Virus record (IMG/VR): IMGVR_UViG_3300033067_001032
Location: 4,103 to 68,102 of that record
Reading direction: 5' to 3' (one strand)
DNA length: 64,000 nucleotides
Source: a virus
Taxonomy: Duplodnaviria; Caudoviricetes
Shown: positions 9,088-18,187 of the stretch, piece by piece
Position numbering within the stretch: the first letter of the stretch is position 1
Layout of the letters: every line of letters starts with the position of its first letter
Translations under genes and position numbers: made by a program
Notes under the pieces: generated by a model
The model's input: the letters and a program-made list of their open reading frames with translations, nothing else
Told to the model about the DNA's origin: nothing
Database searches by the model: none

Positions 9088-9719
9088 TACACTGAACTCA
9101 TCGCTGGCTCTGGATTGCGGTAGGCATCGCCTCGGTTCTGACCCTCGGCCATGGCCTTCAGCCTCACGATAGCTTCCTGATAAAGGCCCTCATAGTAGTC
9201 CATGATTTCCTTATCGCCCTTCAGATATCTGTAGGCCTCAAGGATCGTGCCATAGAGAAGGGCGGAGGAGCCGTTGGTGCCCAGCCAGTTGGTCAAATCG
9301 TCCACGATTGAGGTGTTCTTCTTGATGTAATGGAGCTCGATGGCGTAGGCGGCATCCGGCGTGGGGCCCAGGATCAGCGTGCTTTCGGTGAACATGGCGT
9401 AGTAGCGGGGGCGGCCGTAAGAGGCCGCTGTCGGGTAGGCGGCGCGGATGAAGCTGACATCCTTCGGGTAGAGGAAGTATTGCGCCCCGGCGCTGGTGAC
9501 CGTGAGTTCCAGCGGCGACCAGAAGTCACTTGGCAACGCCACGTACTGATCATGCAGGGTGGTGGTGGAGGTCGAATTCTTTTGCAGCACCTGCAACTGC
9601 ACGGCGCGATAAATCCGCTCCTCCGCCAGTCTCACGAACAACGGCAGATTCGCCACGAAGGTGGACTCGTCCTCCTCGAGATATTCCTGCACCGCGGCTA
9701 TGAGTTCAGCGTAAGTCAT
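9087..9719 (-). CDS. Head-tail adaptor / tail tubular protein A-like
   Basis: 210 aa; MTYAEL...LAEERI, GRPRYYA, LILGPTPD and ALLYGTILEA patterns. Confidence 0.7.
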   Translation of the reverse strand: MTYAELIAAVQEYLEEDESTFVANLPLFVRLAEERIYRAVQLQVLQKNSTSTTTLHDQYVALPSDFWSPLELTVTSAGAQYFLYPKDVSFIRAAYPTAASYGRPRYYAMFTESTLILGPTPDAAYAIELHYIKKNTSIVDDLTNWLGTNGSSALLYGTILEAYRYLKGDKEIMDYYEGLYQEAIVRLKAMAEGQNRGDAYRNPEPAMSSV

Positions 9720-10033
9720 ACCGTCACCCTAACCATTCCAACCTTAGCCCGCATCAGGGTTGCTGGATTGCCGACCGGATTCCAGGCTGGCATCGATCTC
9801 ACCGCAGCGAGTTCATCACCATCCGAACGCGGATCACGAAGCCCCTCGCGCTCGATCACCTTCACCTTGCCCTGCCAGTTCTGGGGGTGGTCCACATCCC
9901 AGCACTCGGAGCACACCCTCACATTACGGCGCTTACCGGCGATGTATTCATCGGTGAGCCGCTTGAGCGGCTGTCTGCGCCCGCAACGGTCGCATATCCC
10001 AGGCGCGCGCTTCTCGGAGGCGAAGGTGCTCAT
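9716..10033 (-). CDS. Zn-binding hypothetical protein
   Basis: CDRC and CSEC motifs. Confidence 0.6.
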   Translation of the reverse strand: MSTFASEKRAPGICDRCGRRQPLKRLTDEYIAGKRRNVRVCSECWDVDHPQNWQGKVKVIEREGLRDPRSDGDELAAVRSMPAWNPVGNPATLMRAKVGMVRVTV

Positions 10034-10704
10034 TAGCCTGAGTAAATCCCAATGTAGAAGCTCTCTCGGCCGCGATCTTCCGACTGCGCCCGCTGCATTT
10101 CGTTCTCATAGATTTGACCAAGCATGGTGATCCGATCCATGCCGATGGTGGGATTCTTGAGAGAGAGGTAATAGGCGAGGCCCGAGGTCAACGCAGGCAA
10201 TAGCCGGAACGGAACATCGGGGGTATTTGAAGCGGAACCGGCGTCTTCCATGCGGCGAAGCCGCCAATACACCAGCGTGTAGTCGCTGTTGCTTGGGACC
10301 GGCCAAACATTGACCCTCACCGAGCCGGTGAGCCGCTCCACCCAGGCGCGCGTGGGGCGAAGCTGCTGCTGTGTCTTATTGGTGATCTGTGCCCAGGTGC
10401 CCACGCCACAGCGTTCGACCCGGATATCGACACCGGCGCTATCGCGCACCGCCATATCGAGAACATCAACGGTATCGGCGTCGAGGGTGTATTGCTGGGC
10501 GCCGGTGGTCAGCGGCACCGAGCTCTCATCGATCTGCCAGAGATTGAGACCCCTGGAAGCCCAATCGCTTAGGATAAGACCGAGAGTGCGGATGGCCCCT
10601 TGCCACTGAAATCCAGAACGAACATCGAGGCCAGCGCGGGCCGCTGCCTCCTCGATCAAGTCCCCTATTTCGAGATTAAAGCTGACTGTTCCACTTGTGG
10701 CCAC
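10033..10704 (-). CDS. Head-tail adaptor-like protein
   Basis: MATSGTVSFNLEIGDLIEEA...WPVP...ALTSGLAYYL; 223 aa; sits in the neck gene block. Confidence 0.7.
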   Translation of the reverse strand: MATSGTVSFNLEIGDLIEEAAARAGLDVRSGFQWQGAIRTLGLILSDWASRGLNLWQIDESSVPLTTGAQQYTLDADTVDVLDMAVRDSAGVDIRVERCGVGTWAQITNKTQQQLRPTRAWVERLTGSVRVNVWPVPSNSDYTLVYWRLRRMEDAGSASNTPDVPFRLLPALTSGLAYYLSLKNPTIGMDRITMLGQIYENEMQRAQSEDRGRESFYIGIYSG

Positions 10705-10711
10705 GGATCAT

Positions 10712-11068
10712 TTATCTCCCCCGCTTATAGTATCCGCGGTTAGGCTTGTTGCCATCGGGGTAACGTTTTGGGGCGGTCTTGATGACCACGTTCACTCGCC
10801 GCCCATCGGTGCTGATTCTGGCGCGGCCTACCTGCATCGAGGGGGCGAGCGCTCCAGCCCGATCGGCAAGCGATGGCCCCTGTGGCGGGGCCGATAATGG
10901 AATCTCCGGCTGGCTCACCGGCAATTGCGGGGATTCTAGATTCAGAGGCGACTGAGGCATATCCAGCCCGATGCCGCCAACCCCCACCTGCGGCGGCATG
11001 GAATTTGGAATCCCGGAAGTCATTGGGGGAGGACTACCCGGTCCATCCGATTTAGGCGCCCAAGCCAT
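10712..11068 (-). CDS. Pro-rich hypothetical protein
   Basis: 118 aa with a basic C-terminus. Confidence 0.55.
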   Translation of the reverse strand: MAWAPKSDGPGSPPPMTSGIPNSMPPQVGVGGIGLDMPQSPLNLESPQLPVSQPEIPLSAPPQGPSLADRAGALAPSMQVGRARISTDGRRVNVVIKTAPKRYPDGNKPNRGYYKRGR

Positions 11069-11089
11069 AACTTGTCCTAACTACCCTAT

Positions 11090-11135
11090 CAAAAGAAAGG
11101 GCCGCCGGAGCTCGTAACATCCGACGGCCCTTCTC
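11090..11135 (-). terminator. Rho-independent terminator
   Basis: Minus strand gaagggccgtcgga...tccggcggccctttctttt downstream of 11154-11393. Confidence 0.7.
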
Positions 11136-11153
11136 CCCTGGCCCCCTAACGCA

Positions 11154-11393
11154 TTACCGAACGGCAGGAACTTCAATCATGCCGGGTTTCGGACGGCGAT
11201 CGACATAGCCGATGAGCGCCAGAACCGCACCAGCGAAAGCGACCAGACTGTCCCCCACGCTGGCGATGGCCGCATCCAGGCCCGCGGCGGGATGAATCCC
11301 GACCAGGCCAAGCAGCATCACAAACACACCCCACATTGTGCGGCTGGTCACAATCTGACGCAGACTGGCCCACATGCTTTCAAGCTTATCCAT
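11154..11393 (-). CDS. Two-TM membrane protein (holin-like)
   Basis: 79 aa with two hydrophobic helices and a charged C-terminus (DRRPKPG). Confidence 0.6.
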   Translation of the reverse strand: MDKLESMWASLRQIVTSRTMWGVFVMLLGLVGIHPAAGLDAAIASVGDSLVAFAGAVLALIGYVDRRPKPGMIEVPAVR

Positions 11394-11416
11394 TCGATCC
11401 CCCTAAGTCAGTGCCT

Positions 11417-11445
11417 ATAATCACGCCGGGGATGGGGGCCGTCAA
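11417..11445 (-). promoter_or_regulatory. Putative sigma70-type promoter
   Basis: Minus strand TTGACG-N17-GATTAT(AG) about 25 nt upstream of the holin-like gene. Confidence 0.45.
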
Positions 11446-11503
11446 TCAGCTAGGCCGCCATCCTAACATCACCAATGAATACTAACAGAACGACTGTTAC
11501 TAT

Positions 11504-11599
11504 TCAGCGCTGCTTTGGGCGCTTGGCCTTGGTTGGGCGCTTCGCTTTGGCGGGCGGCTTGGACACCTGTTGTGTTAGCTGCGCTCTCGAGATGACCAT
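11504..11599 (-). CDS. 31-aa basic peptide
   Basis: MVISRAQLTQQVSKPPAKAKRPTKAKRPKQR*; ATG directly follows the upstream TAG, with an AGGA SD. Confidence 0.65.
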   Translation of the reverse strand: MVISRAQLTQQVSKPPAKAKRPTKAKRPKQR

Positions 11600-11785
11600 C
11601 TATCTATCCTCGTAGTCATAGACTGATTCAGTTGGGAGCCTGGAGACGCCCGTCTCCCGGCGCACCGACTCAACAATAGTCACGCCTGAATAGCGGGTTG
11701 TCGACGGACCTCCCCCACCACCGGGACCCATGTAATTTGGAACCCAGTATGGAGTGTCCCAGAATTTGGTCCCGAAGTAGTCCAT
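11600..11785 (-). CDS. Small structural-block protein
   Basis: 61 aa, aromatic N-terminus (YFGTKFWDTPYW). Confidence 0.55.
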   Translation of the reverse strand: MDYFGTKFWDTPYWVPNYMGPGGGGGPSTTRYSGVTIVESVRRETGVSRLPTESVYDYEDR

Positions 11786-12573
11786 TAGGTGGAATCATAC
11801 GTGATCGCGGTGCGGTTGCCATTGGAGTCGACCGTGGCCACGATACGGTTCTTGCTGTCCACGACAGCATTGCGGAAGGTGATAGTGGTGGTTCCACCGC
11901 CGCTCACCTTACCGGCGACCGCCGCGGAGATAAGCCTGAGGGCCTGGCGCATGGTCATGCCGGTCTCGATCAACTGGTCATCGAGAAGCGATAGAGCTAG
12001 CCCTTCAGCGCTGAGGGGCGCGGCCCCGCCGATATCGCTGGCCATATATCCCACGGCGTAGGATGTGATCGCCAAAGTACCGGCGCCGTTGAGAGTAGAG
12101 TTGGCGTAGCCGTCGGCGCGCATAGTCGAGGTGAGCGTGCCGGTGGCGGTGATTGCGCTATCGCCCAATAGGGCGGCGAGGATGTTGCCGATGAGGGCGC
12201 CAGTTCCGACGATATCTGAAGCGCCCGACACAACCAACTGGCCGGTGGCGGTGAGGGTGCCGGTACCGGTGATATCGGAGGTTCCGGGTAGGCCCATGGC
12301 CCCGGCCGCGGTGAGCGTGCCGGTCCCGAATATCTTGTTGATGGCGGTGACGCCGCCAGCCTTCGATGGCAGCGCGTACACGCCCTGTGGGTAATACCCC
12401 TGCGGGCGAGCGGCGTAGGCAAGAACCGTCGATGGCGTGGAATAGTGCTGGAGTGAGAAGTTCCGCCAGTCGGAATTTCGGTTGTAGTTGGAGCGATATT
12501 TGGCGTGAACGCCGCCAGCCAGCCAGCGCCCGGCGCTTTTATTCAGAACCGAGTGGTTGCCGACTAGAGCCAT
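11785..12573 (-). CDS. Virion structural protein
   Basis: 262 aa; repeated GTGTL-type beta turns; C-terminal MTMRQALRLISAAVAGKVSG...RIVATVDSNGNRT. Confidence 0.7.
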   Translation of the reverse strand: MALVGNHSVLNKSAGRWLAGGVHAKYRSNYNRNSDWRNFSLQHYSTPSTVLAYAARPQGYYPQGVYALPSKAGGVTAINKIFGTGTLTAAGAMGLPGTSDITGTGTLTATGQLVVSGASDIVGTGALIGNILAALLGDSAITATGTLTSTMRADGYANSTLNGAGTLAITSYAVGYMASDIGGAAPLSAEGLALSLLDDQLIETGMTMRQALRLISAAVAGKVSGGGTTTITFRNAVVDSKNRIVATVDSNGNRTAITYDST

Positions 12574-12576
12574 GCA

Positions 12577-13737
12577 TTAGCTCCAGCCGAAATCGACGTG
12601 TCCGTAGAACGCACTGTTAGCTGGGGTGGCGGCGCCGGAATAGAGCAGCCAGTAGAGAGCGGCCCCGTCATAAACGCGCGGGAAGCTTGGCAACTGTGAA
12701 ACAAAATCCCGCTCCCCAGCCACGCCGATGGTGGTCATCGGGATGGTGAGGATCGGGCGGAACAGCGCCACCGTGTATTCATTGGAGGTGTAGGTGGCGT
12801 CGTTGCGGATTTGCTCCACCGTGCGAATGCCGGTGTCTCCCGCCTGAAGTGGGATCATTGGACCCATCTTCCCTGAACCGGTGCCTGAATAGAGGATGTG
12901 GCTGTTGGTGGCCGCGGTTTTCCCGATGGGAGCAGCGGGCGAAGATGGGGTGGCGCGGGCGGCGGTGCCCGCCGCGTTGGTGTAGCTAGGGAGCGTTAGG
13001 TTGGGAGTGCCAGCGCCCATGGCGGTGGCGTTGTTGTTGAAGAACATGCACTGCACGCCGTCACCGGTGGAATAGCGCGGCAAGCGCATGGTGAGGGTAT
13101 GGGTGCCGGTACCCGCGTCGGTGAAGGCAATCACCGTGCCAGCGATGGCGTTGGCGAAGCTGGTGGCTACGCGCGCGGTGGTGGCGGATACGCGCACCAG
13201 CCAATAGTCGGTGTTGAGCGACAGGCCGGTCGGCAACGTGGTGGTGGTGGTGAAGCGCACCTTGGAATAGTTCTGCCAATCGTTGGTGTAGGTTAGGAGG
13301 AGCCCCGAGGAAGAAGAGGCCGTGAATGTGTTGGCATTGATGGTCGTCTGCGCCGTGGTGGTGGTGGCCGGAGTGATGCGCCAGAACATCAGTAGGTCGA
13401 TCATCATAGCCACTGCTGGCATGGTGGTGGCGGCTGCTGAATAGGCTGAGGCGTTGAGCACGGTTTTGTAGCCAGCCCCGGCGGCATCCACGTTACCGCC
13501 ATGTTGCATAGCCCCGGCGTTGGTGGTGATATCGAATACTTGCTGGCCGACTAGGTTGGTTCCGACATTGAAGATCGCGTCGGCGGGCGGAGACCCACCG
13601 CCCCGGAACAGGGTATGCCATTCCCCGGCAACCGCGGCCGCGGTGGGGTTGAACAGCTTATTCCAGTCGGAACGCCAGAACTTGGAGTTCGTGGTGATCT
13701 GGTTGATCATGTCGTCTTGCGATGTGAACCCAGCCAT
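12577..13737 (-). CDS. Virion structural protein (paralogue of 13738-14595, with inserted domain)
   Basis: 386 aa; shares PRY..G.GVQ.M, YTN..G.A.R.TP and GP.IPLQ.GDTG.R motifs with the neighbour. Confidence 0.7.
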   Translation of the reverse strand: MAGFTSQDDMINQITTNSKFWRSDWNKLFNPTAAAVAGEWHTLFRGGGSPPADAIFNVGTNLVGQQVFDITTNAGAMQHGGNVDAAGAGYKTVLNASAYSAAATTMPAVAMMIDLLMFWRITPATTTTAQTTINANTFTASSSSGLLLTYTNDWQNYSKVRFTTTTTLPTGLSLNTDYWLVRVSATTARVATSFANAIAGTVIAFTDAGTGTHTLTMRLPRYSTGDGVQCMFFNNNATAMGAGTPNLTLPSYTNAAGTAARATPSSPAAPIGKTAATNSHILYSGTGSGKMGPMIPLQAGDTGIRTVEQIRNDATYTSNEYTVALFRPILTIPMTTIGVAGERDFVSQLPSFPRVYDGAALYWLLYSGAATPANSAFYGHVDFGWS

Positions 13738-14595
13738 CTAGGCGCTCCAATAGGTATGTATCTCACCAATGATAGGCGCGGCGGCGAGCGTGCCAACCGG
13801 GTGAGCGAGGATATTGAGGTAGGCGTCGTCGTAGATGCGAGGACAAAGCCCGCCCCGATCGATCACCAGGTCGATCTCGCAGGGGGCGGTAATGTCGTTG
13901 ATGGCGAAGCTCATAAGCGGCTTCACCAGCACCAGGGTGATCAGACCCACATCGGATGAGATGAATTCGCAGGATTCGATAGACCGGACCCCGGTGTCAC
14001 CCGACTGGAGCGGAATGAATGGCCCGGCGCACCCGAGTGTGGTGGGGGCGCTGGTGATCACCGTGCCGTTCACGGTCTGGGTGTTGCAGGTCATGGTCGG
14101 CGTGACGCGACCCGCCACACCGTCCTGATTGGTGTAGGTGACAAAGAACCGCGATCCGCCGACCTGACCGGCCACCTCAATCGCCATCATCTGAACCCCG
14201 GCGCCGGTGGTGTAGCGTGGGACGGTGATGCTATTGGTCATTGGTTGCGGGCCGGTATCCATGGCCACAAACGGGTAATACATCAGGTAGTCGCACACGA
14301 TCATCGGCAGCGGCGCCGCGGTAGCGGTCACCGTGAGGGCCATCATCTTGTGAAGCGACTTGATCTTTGGACTAACGTTGCCGCCATGGTCGAGACCGCC
14401 ATCGGTTGACCGCGCCAACGCGGTCGACACCAGCGGGGACGCCGCGTAATACTGCGGAACCGGATTGCCGGGACTCATCGAGAGATCGAACCAAATGCCA
14501 GATGCAGTCGTTTGCGTCGGCACCTTCCGCCATGGGCGGTAAGTGGTACGCCCAAGATTATAGGCGTCGGCGATGTCTCCAACGTTAGCTGGCAT
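13738..14595 (-). CDS. Virion structural protein
   Basis: 285 aa; same motif set as 12577-13737. Confidence 0.7.
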   Translation of the reverse strand: MPANVGDIADAYNLGRTTYRPWRKVPTQTTASGIWFDLSMSPGNPVPQYYAASPLVSTALARSTDGGLDHGGNVSPKIKSLHKMMALTVTATAAPLPMIVCDYLMYYPFVAMDTGPQPMTNSITVPRYTTGAGVQMMAIEVAGQVGGSRFFVTYTNQDGVAGRVTPTMTCNTQTVNGTVITSAPTTLGCAGPFIPLQSGDTGVRSIESCEFISSDVGLITLVLVKPLMSFAINDITAPCEIDLVIDRGGLCPRIYDDAYLNILAHPVGTLAAAPIIGEIHTYWSA

Positions 14596-14740
14596 CCGGC
14601 GGGACCTCCGCTAGAGCAGCCTCTTCGTCTTCATTGACCACATCGTAATCGGTTTTACAGGCGCAGGCCCGGTAGTCCTGGTTGTCGACAACTCGCGTTA
14701 CCAGGCCGCAACCTTGGCAGGTATAACGCCAGATTGTCAT
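14585..14740 (-). CDS. 51-aa Cys-rich protein
   Basis: MTIWRYTCQGCGLVTRVVDNQDYRACACKTDY...; CxxC plus CxC; fills the gap between flanking genes. Confidence 0.6.
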   Translation of the reverse strand: MTIWRYTCQGCGLVTRVVDNQDYRACACKTDYDVVNEDEEAALAEVPPDAS

Positions 14741-14744
14741 GGGC

Positions 14745-15155
14745 TTAATCCAGCGCGAAGGTAAGCGCGCTCGCCGAGAATTGCGGTTGAATACCGGAAC
14801 TCACCGACAATGACGCCGACAAAGCGCCAGACACAATGATCTGCCCGGCGCCGGAAGAGGCTGTGCCAATCGACACGTAGGTGATGGTGTTGGAACCACC
14901 GGTGCATTGTGGAAATTGGATTAGCGCGGCGTTGACCGCTTGACCGCTCGCCACCGTCCATCCGCCGCTGGTTCTCGCCACCGCCACGCGAGCGTAGCTT
15001 GTGTAGGTGGCTTCGCTGGTGGTTTGCGAGCCCGCCTCTCCGGGATCGGCGGTGTGGAGGGCCACATAGAGATTGGTGTTGGCGTCCCAGGAAATGGCCG
15101 TGTTGTTGAACAGCTTGGCGACGACATCTGTTTCGGTGGTATTGCCGATGGACAT
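14745..15155 (-). CDS. Virion structural protein
   Basis: LYVALHTADPGEAGSQTTSEATYTSYARVAV...IQFPQCTG pattern. Confidence 0.7.
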   Translation of the reverse strand: MSIGNTTETDVVAKLFNNTAISWDANTNLYVALHTADPGEAGSQTTSEATYTSYARVAVARTSGGWTVASGQAVNAALIQFPQCTGGSNTITYVSIGTASSGAGQIIVSGALSASLSVSSGIQPQFSASALTFALD

Positions 15156-15156
15156 A

Positions 15157-15726
15157 TTAGCCTCCCCAAATCTGCGTCATTTTGAGGATTTTATCTTCCA
15201 TCGCGGCGCGATCGTTGGCTAGCGCCGCCTGCCCAGAGACCAGCGCATATTGGCCAGCCAGGAGGTCGGCGTTGGCGCTATCGATACTGGCTTGCACAGC
15301 CATGAGTTCGGCGCGCTTATCATTGAGATCGGACTGCATCTTATCGACCGAGGCTTTGGCTTCCTCGACCAATCGCTTCATGCCAGCGGTGACTTCCTGT
15401 TGCTGGATGTTGGCGGCGGTATGGGCGTTGGTGGCGTCCTGCATCATCACCGCCGCGGCCAGCTTAGCCGCCTCGATGATGGAATCCGCCTGCGCCTGTG
15501 CATCGGCGAGCTCCGCTCTAGCCTCGGCTCGATCAGCCTCAGCCGCCTCTCGCAATCCGGGGATAGCCGATGCGGCGCCGAACAACTCAGCCGCCTTGGC
15601 GGCCCTTTCCTCTAACGCCGCCACCTCTTGCATGCGTGCGGTGATGTCGCCGGGATTGGCCAGCAACCGCAGAAGGGCCTCTGTGTCTCCACCGCCGCCG
15701 CTGAGTGAACCCGATACGCCACTCAT
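15157..15726 (-). CDS. Coiled-coil protein
   Basis: 189 aa, Ala/Glu/Gln heptads. Confidence 0.65.
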   Translation of the reverse strand: MSGVSGSLSGGGGDTEALLRLLANPGDITARMQEVAALEERAAKAAELFGAASAIPGLREAAEADRAEARAELADAQAQADSIIEAAKLAAAVMMQDATNAHTAANIQQQEVTAGMKRLVEEAKASVDKMQSDLNDKRAELMAVQASIDSANADLLAGQYALVSGQAALANDRAAMEDKILKMTQIWGG

Positions 15727-16052
15727 TAGCCGGTCCTGCCTGCTTGAATGAGGGTCATGATGCAGGAGCCGCTGCCGGAAGATTGTTTCAGGCGAAGGCC
15801 GGAAACCGGATAGGCATAGTTGCCGTCCTGGTTAGCGGTCTTGGCCGCCACCGTGGCGTGGTCGAACCATGTTGGCGTTACCGCCGGATCGAACACATTA
15901 TCGAAGGTGTGTTGGACCGTGTAGTTAACGGTGCCGGTGACCACCACGCCAAAGCCGATGTTAAACGGCGTTGTGTGCTTGTCTGGTTTGAACACACTCG
16001 AGAAAGTGGCGCCGCCAGAAGCGTCGGTTGTCGATAATGTTGAGGAGCGCAT
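15726..16052 (-). CDS. Small beta-rich virion protein
   Basis: 108 aa; VTGTVNYTVQHTFD...YAYPVSGLRL. Confidence 0.65.
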   Translation of the reverse strand: MRSSTLSTTDASGGATFSSVFKPDKHTTPFNIGFGVVVTGTVNYTVQHTFDNVFDPAVTPTWFDHATVAAKTANQDGNYAYPVSGLRLKQSSGSGSCIMTLIQAGRTG

Positions 16053-16067
16053 TTAGTCTCCCCTCCA

Positions 16068-16562
16068 TTAAACCGTGGCGCTGAAGGGTGTAGCCTCAAT
16101 GCCGGTGGCAGAGCCATATACCCGAACCGACCAAACATTCAGCGACACATCCTGGAGCACAACCTGGTCGCCCTTGATGCCGCCGGTCGTGCTGCCGTTG
16201 AAGGTGATGGTGTCATCAGTGGCGCCGGTTTCCCAGGCGTTGGAGGTGGAGCCAGCGTCGGCAGCCTGGATGGCCAGGCCAGACATGATGTCGGAAGCGT
16301 TAGCCACCTTGATGGTGGTGCTGTTGGAGGTGACGGTTGTCCCCACAAAGAACTCATATTTAGCGCCACCACCGGTGGATGCCGGAAGGGTCACCGCGAT
16401 ACCAGCAGCGCGGTTAAGGGTGACTACACGCCCGCCATGGGTTCCTGGAGACACCGTGACTGTCGAGGCGGTCACGTTGACCGGGGCCGTCAGCACCGCG
16501 CCGGTTAGGTTACCCACAAAGCCGTTGGTCGATGTTACCGGGCCGGAAAAAGTTGACGCCAT
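16068..16562 (-). CDS. Capsid decoration-like protein
   Basis: MASTFSGPVTSTNGFVG; immediately downstream of the major capsid gene. Confidence 0.65.
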   Translation of the reverse strand: MASTFSGPVTSTNGFVGNLTGAVLTAPVNVTASTVTVSPGTHGGRVVTLNRAAGIAVTLPASTGGGAKYEFFVGTTVTSNSTTIKVANASDIMSGLAIQAADAGSTSNAWETGATDDTITFNGSTTGGIKGDQVVLQDVSLNVWSVRVYGSATGIEATPFSATV

Positions 16563-16636
16563 CTGCCTTTACCCCCGCCCCCATCGTCACAACCGTGTCT
16601 GCCAGGACAGTCGATGAAGGCTATACCCCTGGACTA

Positions 16637-17536
16637 TTAGACCCCCGGCGAACCGTAGATGCCGAGCGGATCGGAAACGCCGAAGCTGTAGCGTTCGCGA
16701 GCCTTGTACTTCATGTTGCCGGTGTCGAAGTCCACATCGCTGGCCTTCTTGAGGCCCGAGCGAATGAACATCTTCATGCCATCGGGAACATCTGTCTTCA
16801 GGAACCAAGAGTCGGTGTCCGTGAGCCAGTTGTTGATGGTGTAGCCACCCGGAATGGCGCCGGTCTGATAGAGCGCGTTGACATCCCGATCCGAGGTGCC
16901 CGGACGATCCGGGTTCTTCAGGATGCGCTCAGCCACAAACCGGGAATCCGGCGGGATGATCAGCTTCATCGGCATGGCCGCCAAGAGCAGGCCGCGCTCA
17001 TCCACCCATTTACTGATGGCGATGGAAGCATCTTCCAGGGCTGTCTCGTTGAGATCGGCCGCGGCCAGATTGCTATTCACGCCGCCATTGATCAGCGGGT
17101 GAGAGGCTGAGAACAGGAACACGCCATCGCCAGACTGGTAGGTGGCGAAGCCGGTGTTGAGGATTTCCGCAGCCCGAACCTGCTTGGTGTAGGCCATGGA
17201 GCGGGCTAACGCTTTGGTATAGCGCGGGGCCAAACTATCGTAGAGGTTGTCCTCAAAAGCTTCCTCTGTCAGCACGAAACCTTGCGCAATTGTGGTATGC
17301 GTATACCGTGCCGTCCAGGCTTCCTGCGCCGAATCGAAGTCAACGCCAGCGCCTTCATCCTTCACCGAGGCCGGGCCAAAGCCAGACAGCTTGGTTTCTT
17401 CCTCGAACGAGCGGTTCGAGTTTTGGATGTCGTAGATTTCGGCGTGCTGGTCGGGATAGCGGGAGTATTCCAGGCCGAAGAGGGCATGGAGTCCCGGAAT
17501 CAATTGCTTCTGTAGCTGAGTGCGTGTAATAGCCAT
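16637..17536 (-). CDS. Major capsid protein
   Basis: 299 aa; MAITRTQLQKQLIPGLHALFGLEY...KARERYSFGVSDPLGIYGSPG. Confidence 0.9.
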   Translation of the reverse strand: MAITRTQLQKQLIPGLHALFGLEYSRYPDQHAEIYDIQNSNRSFEEETKLSGFGPASVKDEGAGVDFDSAQEAWTARYTHTTIAQGFVLTEEAFEDNLYDSLAPRYTKALARSMAYTKQVRAAEILNTGFATYQSGDGVFLFSASHPLINGGVNSNLAAADLNETALEDASIAISKWVDERGLLLAAMPMKLIIPPDSRFVAERILKNPDRPGTSDRDVNALYQTGAIPGGYTINNWLTDTDSWFLKTDVPDGMKMFIRSGLKKASDVDFDTGNMKYKARERYSFGVSDPLGIYGSPGV

Positions 17537-17560
17537 CTAAAGTTCCCCCGAACCCTTTTG

Positions 17561-18178
17561 TTACGACGAAGCCACGCCCGTAGCCGTCCTGTGGAAGTGC
17601 GTGTTCAGCCTCACGATGACATCCGTGTAGGTGTCGCCGATGGCTGAACCGGCAGCCGTGCCAAAGTCCACAATGCGGAGCGGCAGTGTCGAGGTCGACT
17701 CGATGCTGGACGCTTGCAATTGGAGACCGCTATTGCCGGTAGTTGTGTTGGTGACCGCTGTTTGGATGACGGCGGCGTTGCAGCCCTGCGTGGTCTGCGC
17801 CAGCACGCCATTAGCCTGGATCGAGAAGAGCATGTCAGGGTCGTCATAGACCATGGCGTAAATGTCGGACGCCACGATTGAGCCAGGATAGTAATGACGG
17901 GTTGTGAATTGCTTTGTCGTGGGGTCGGTGTACTGGCAACCGCCGAAGACGCCGAGCCATGTGCCAGAGCTTGTCACCGTGGTGGCGGCTGTGGTGGCGT
18001 TCATGCGGGCGATGGTTCCGCGGGTGGCGCCGGTCGTGACGTAGATGACCGGATCGCCGTTACCGATGGCCGTCGCGTAGTTGGACGGAATCGGGAAGAG
18101 CGTGAAGCCATGCGAACTGGGCTTGTTGCCCAACATCTTTACCGGCTGGAGGCCACGCGGAAAGCTGGTTGTCGACAT
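17561..18178 (-). CDS. Minor capsid / decoration protein
   Basis: 205 aa upstream of MCP; PRGLQPV, GVFGGCQYTDP and VYDDPD motifs. Confidence 0.7.
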   Translation of the reverse strand: MSTTSFPRGLQPVKMLGNKPSSHGFTLFPIPSNYATAIGNGDPVIYVTTGATRGTIARMNATTAATTVTSSGTWLGVFGGCQYTDPTTKQFTTRHYYPGSIVASDIYAMVYDDPDMLFSIQANGVLAQTTQGCNAAVIQTAVTNTTTGNSGLQLQASSIESTSTLPLRIVDFGTAAGSAIGDTYTDVIVRLNTHFHRTATGVASS

Positions 18179-18187
18179 TTATTCCCC

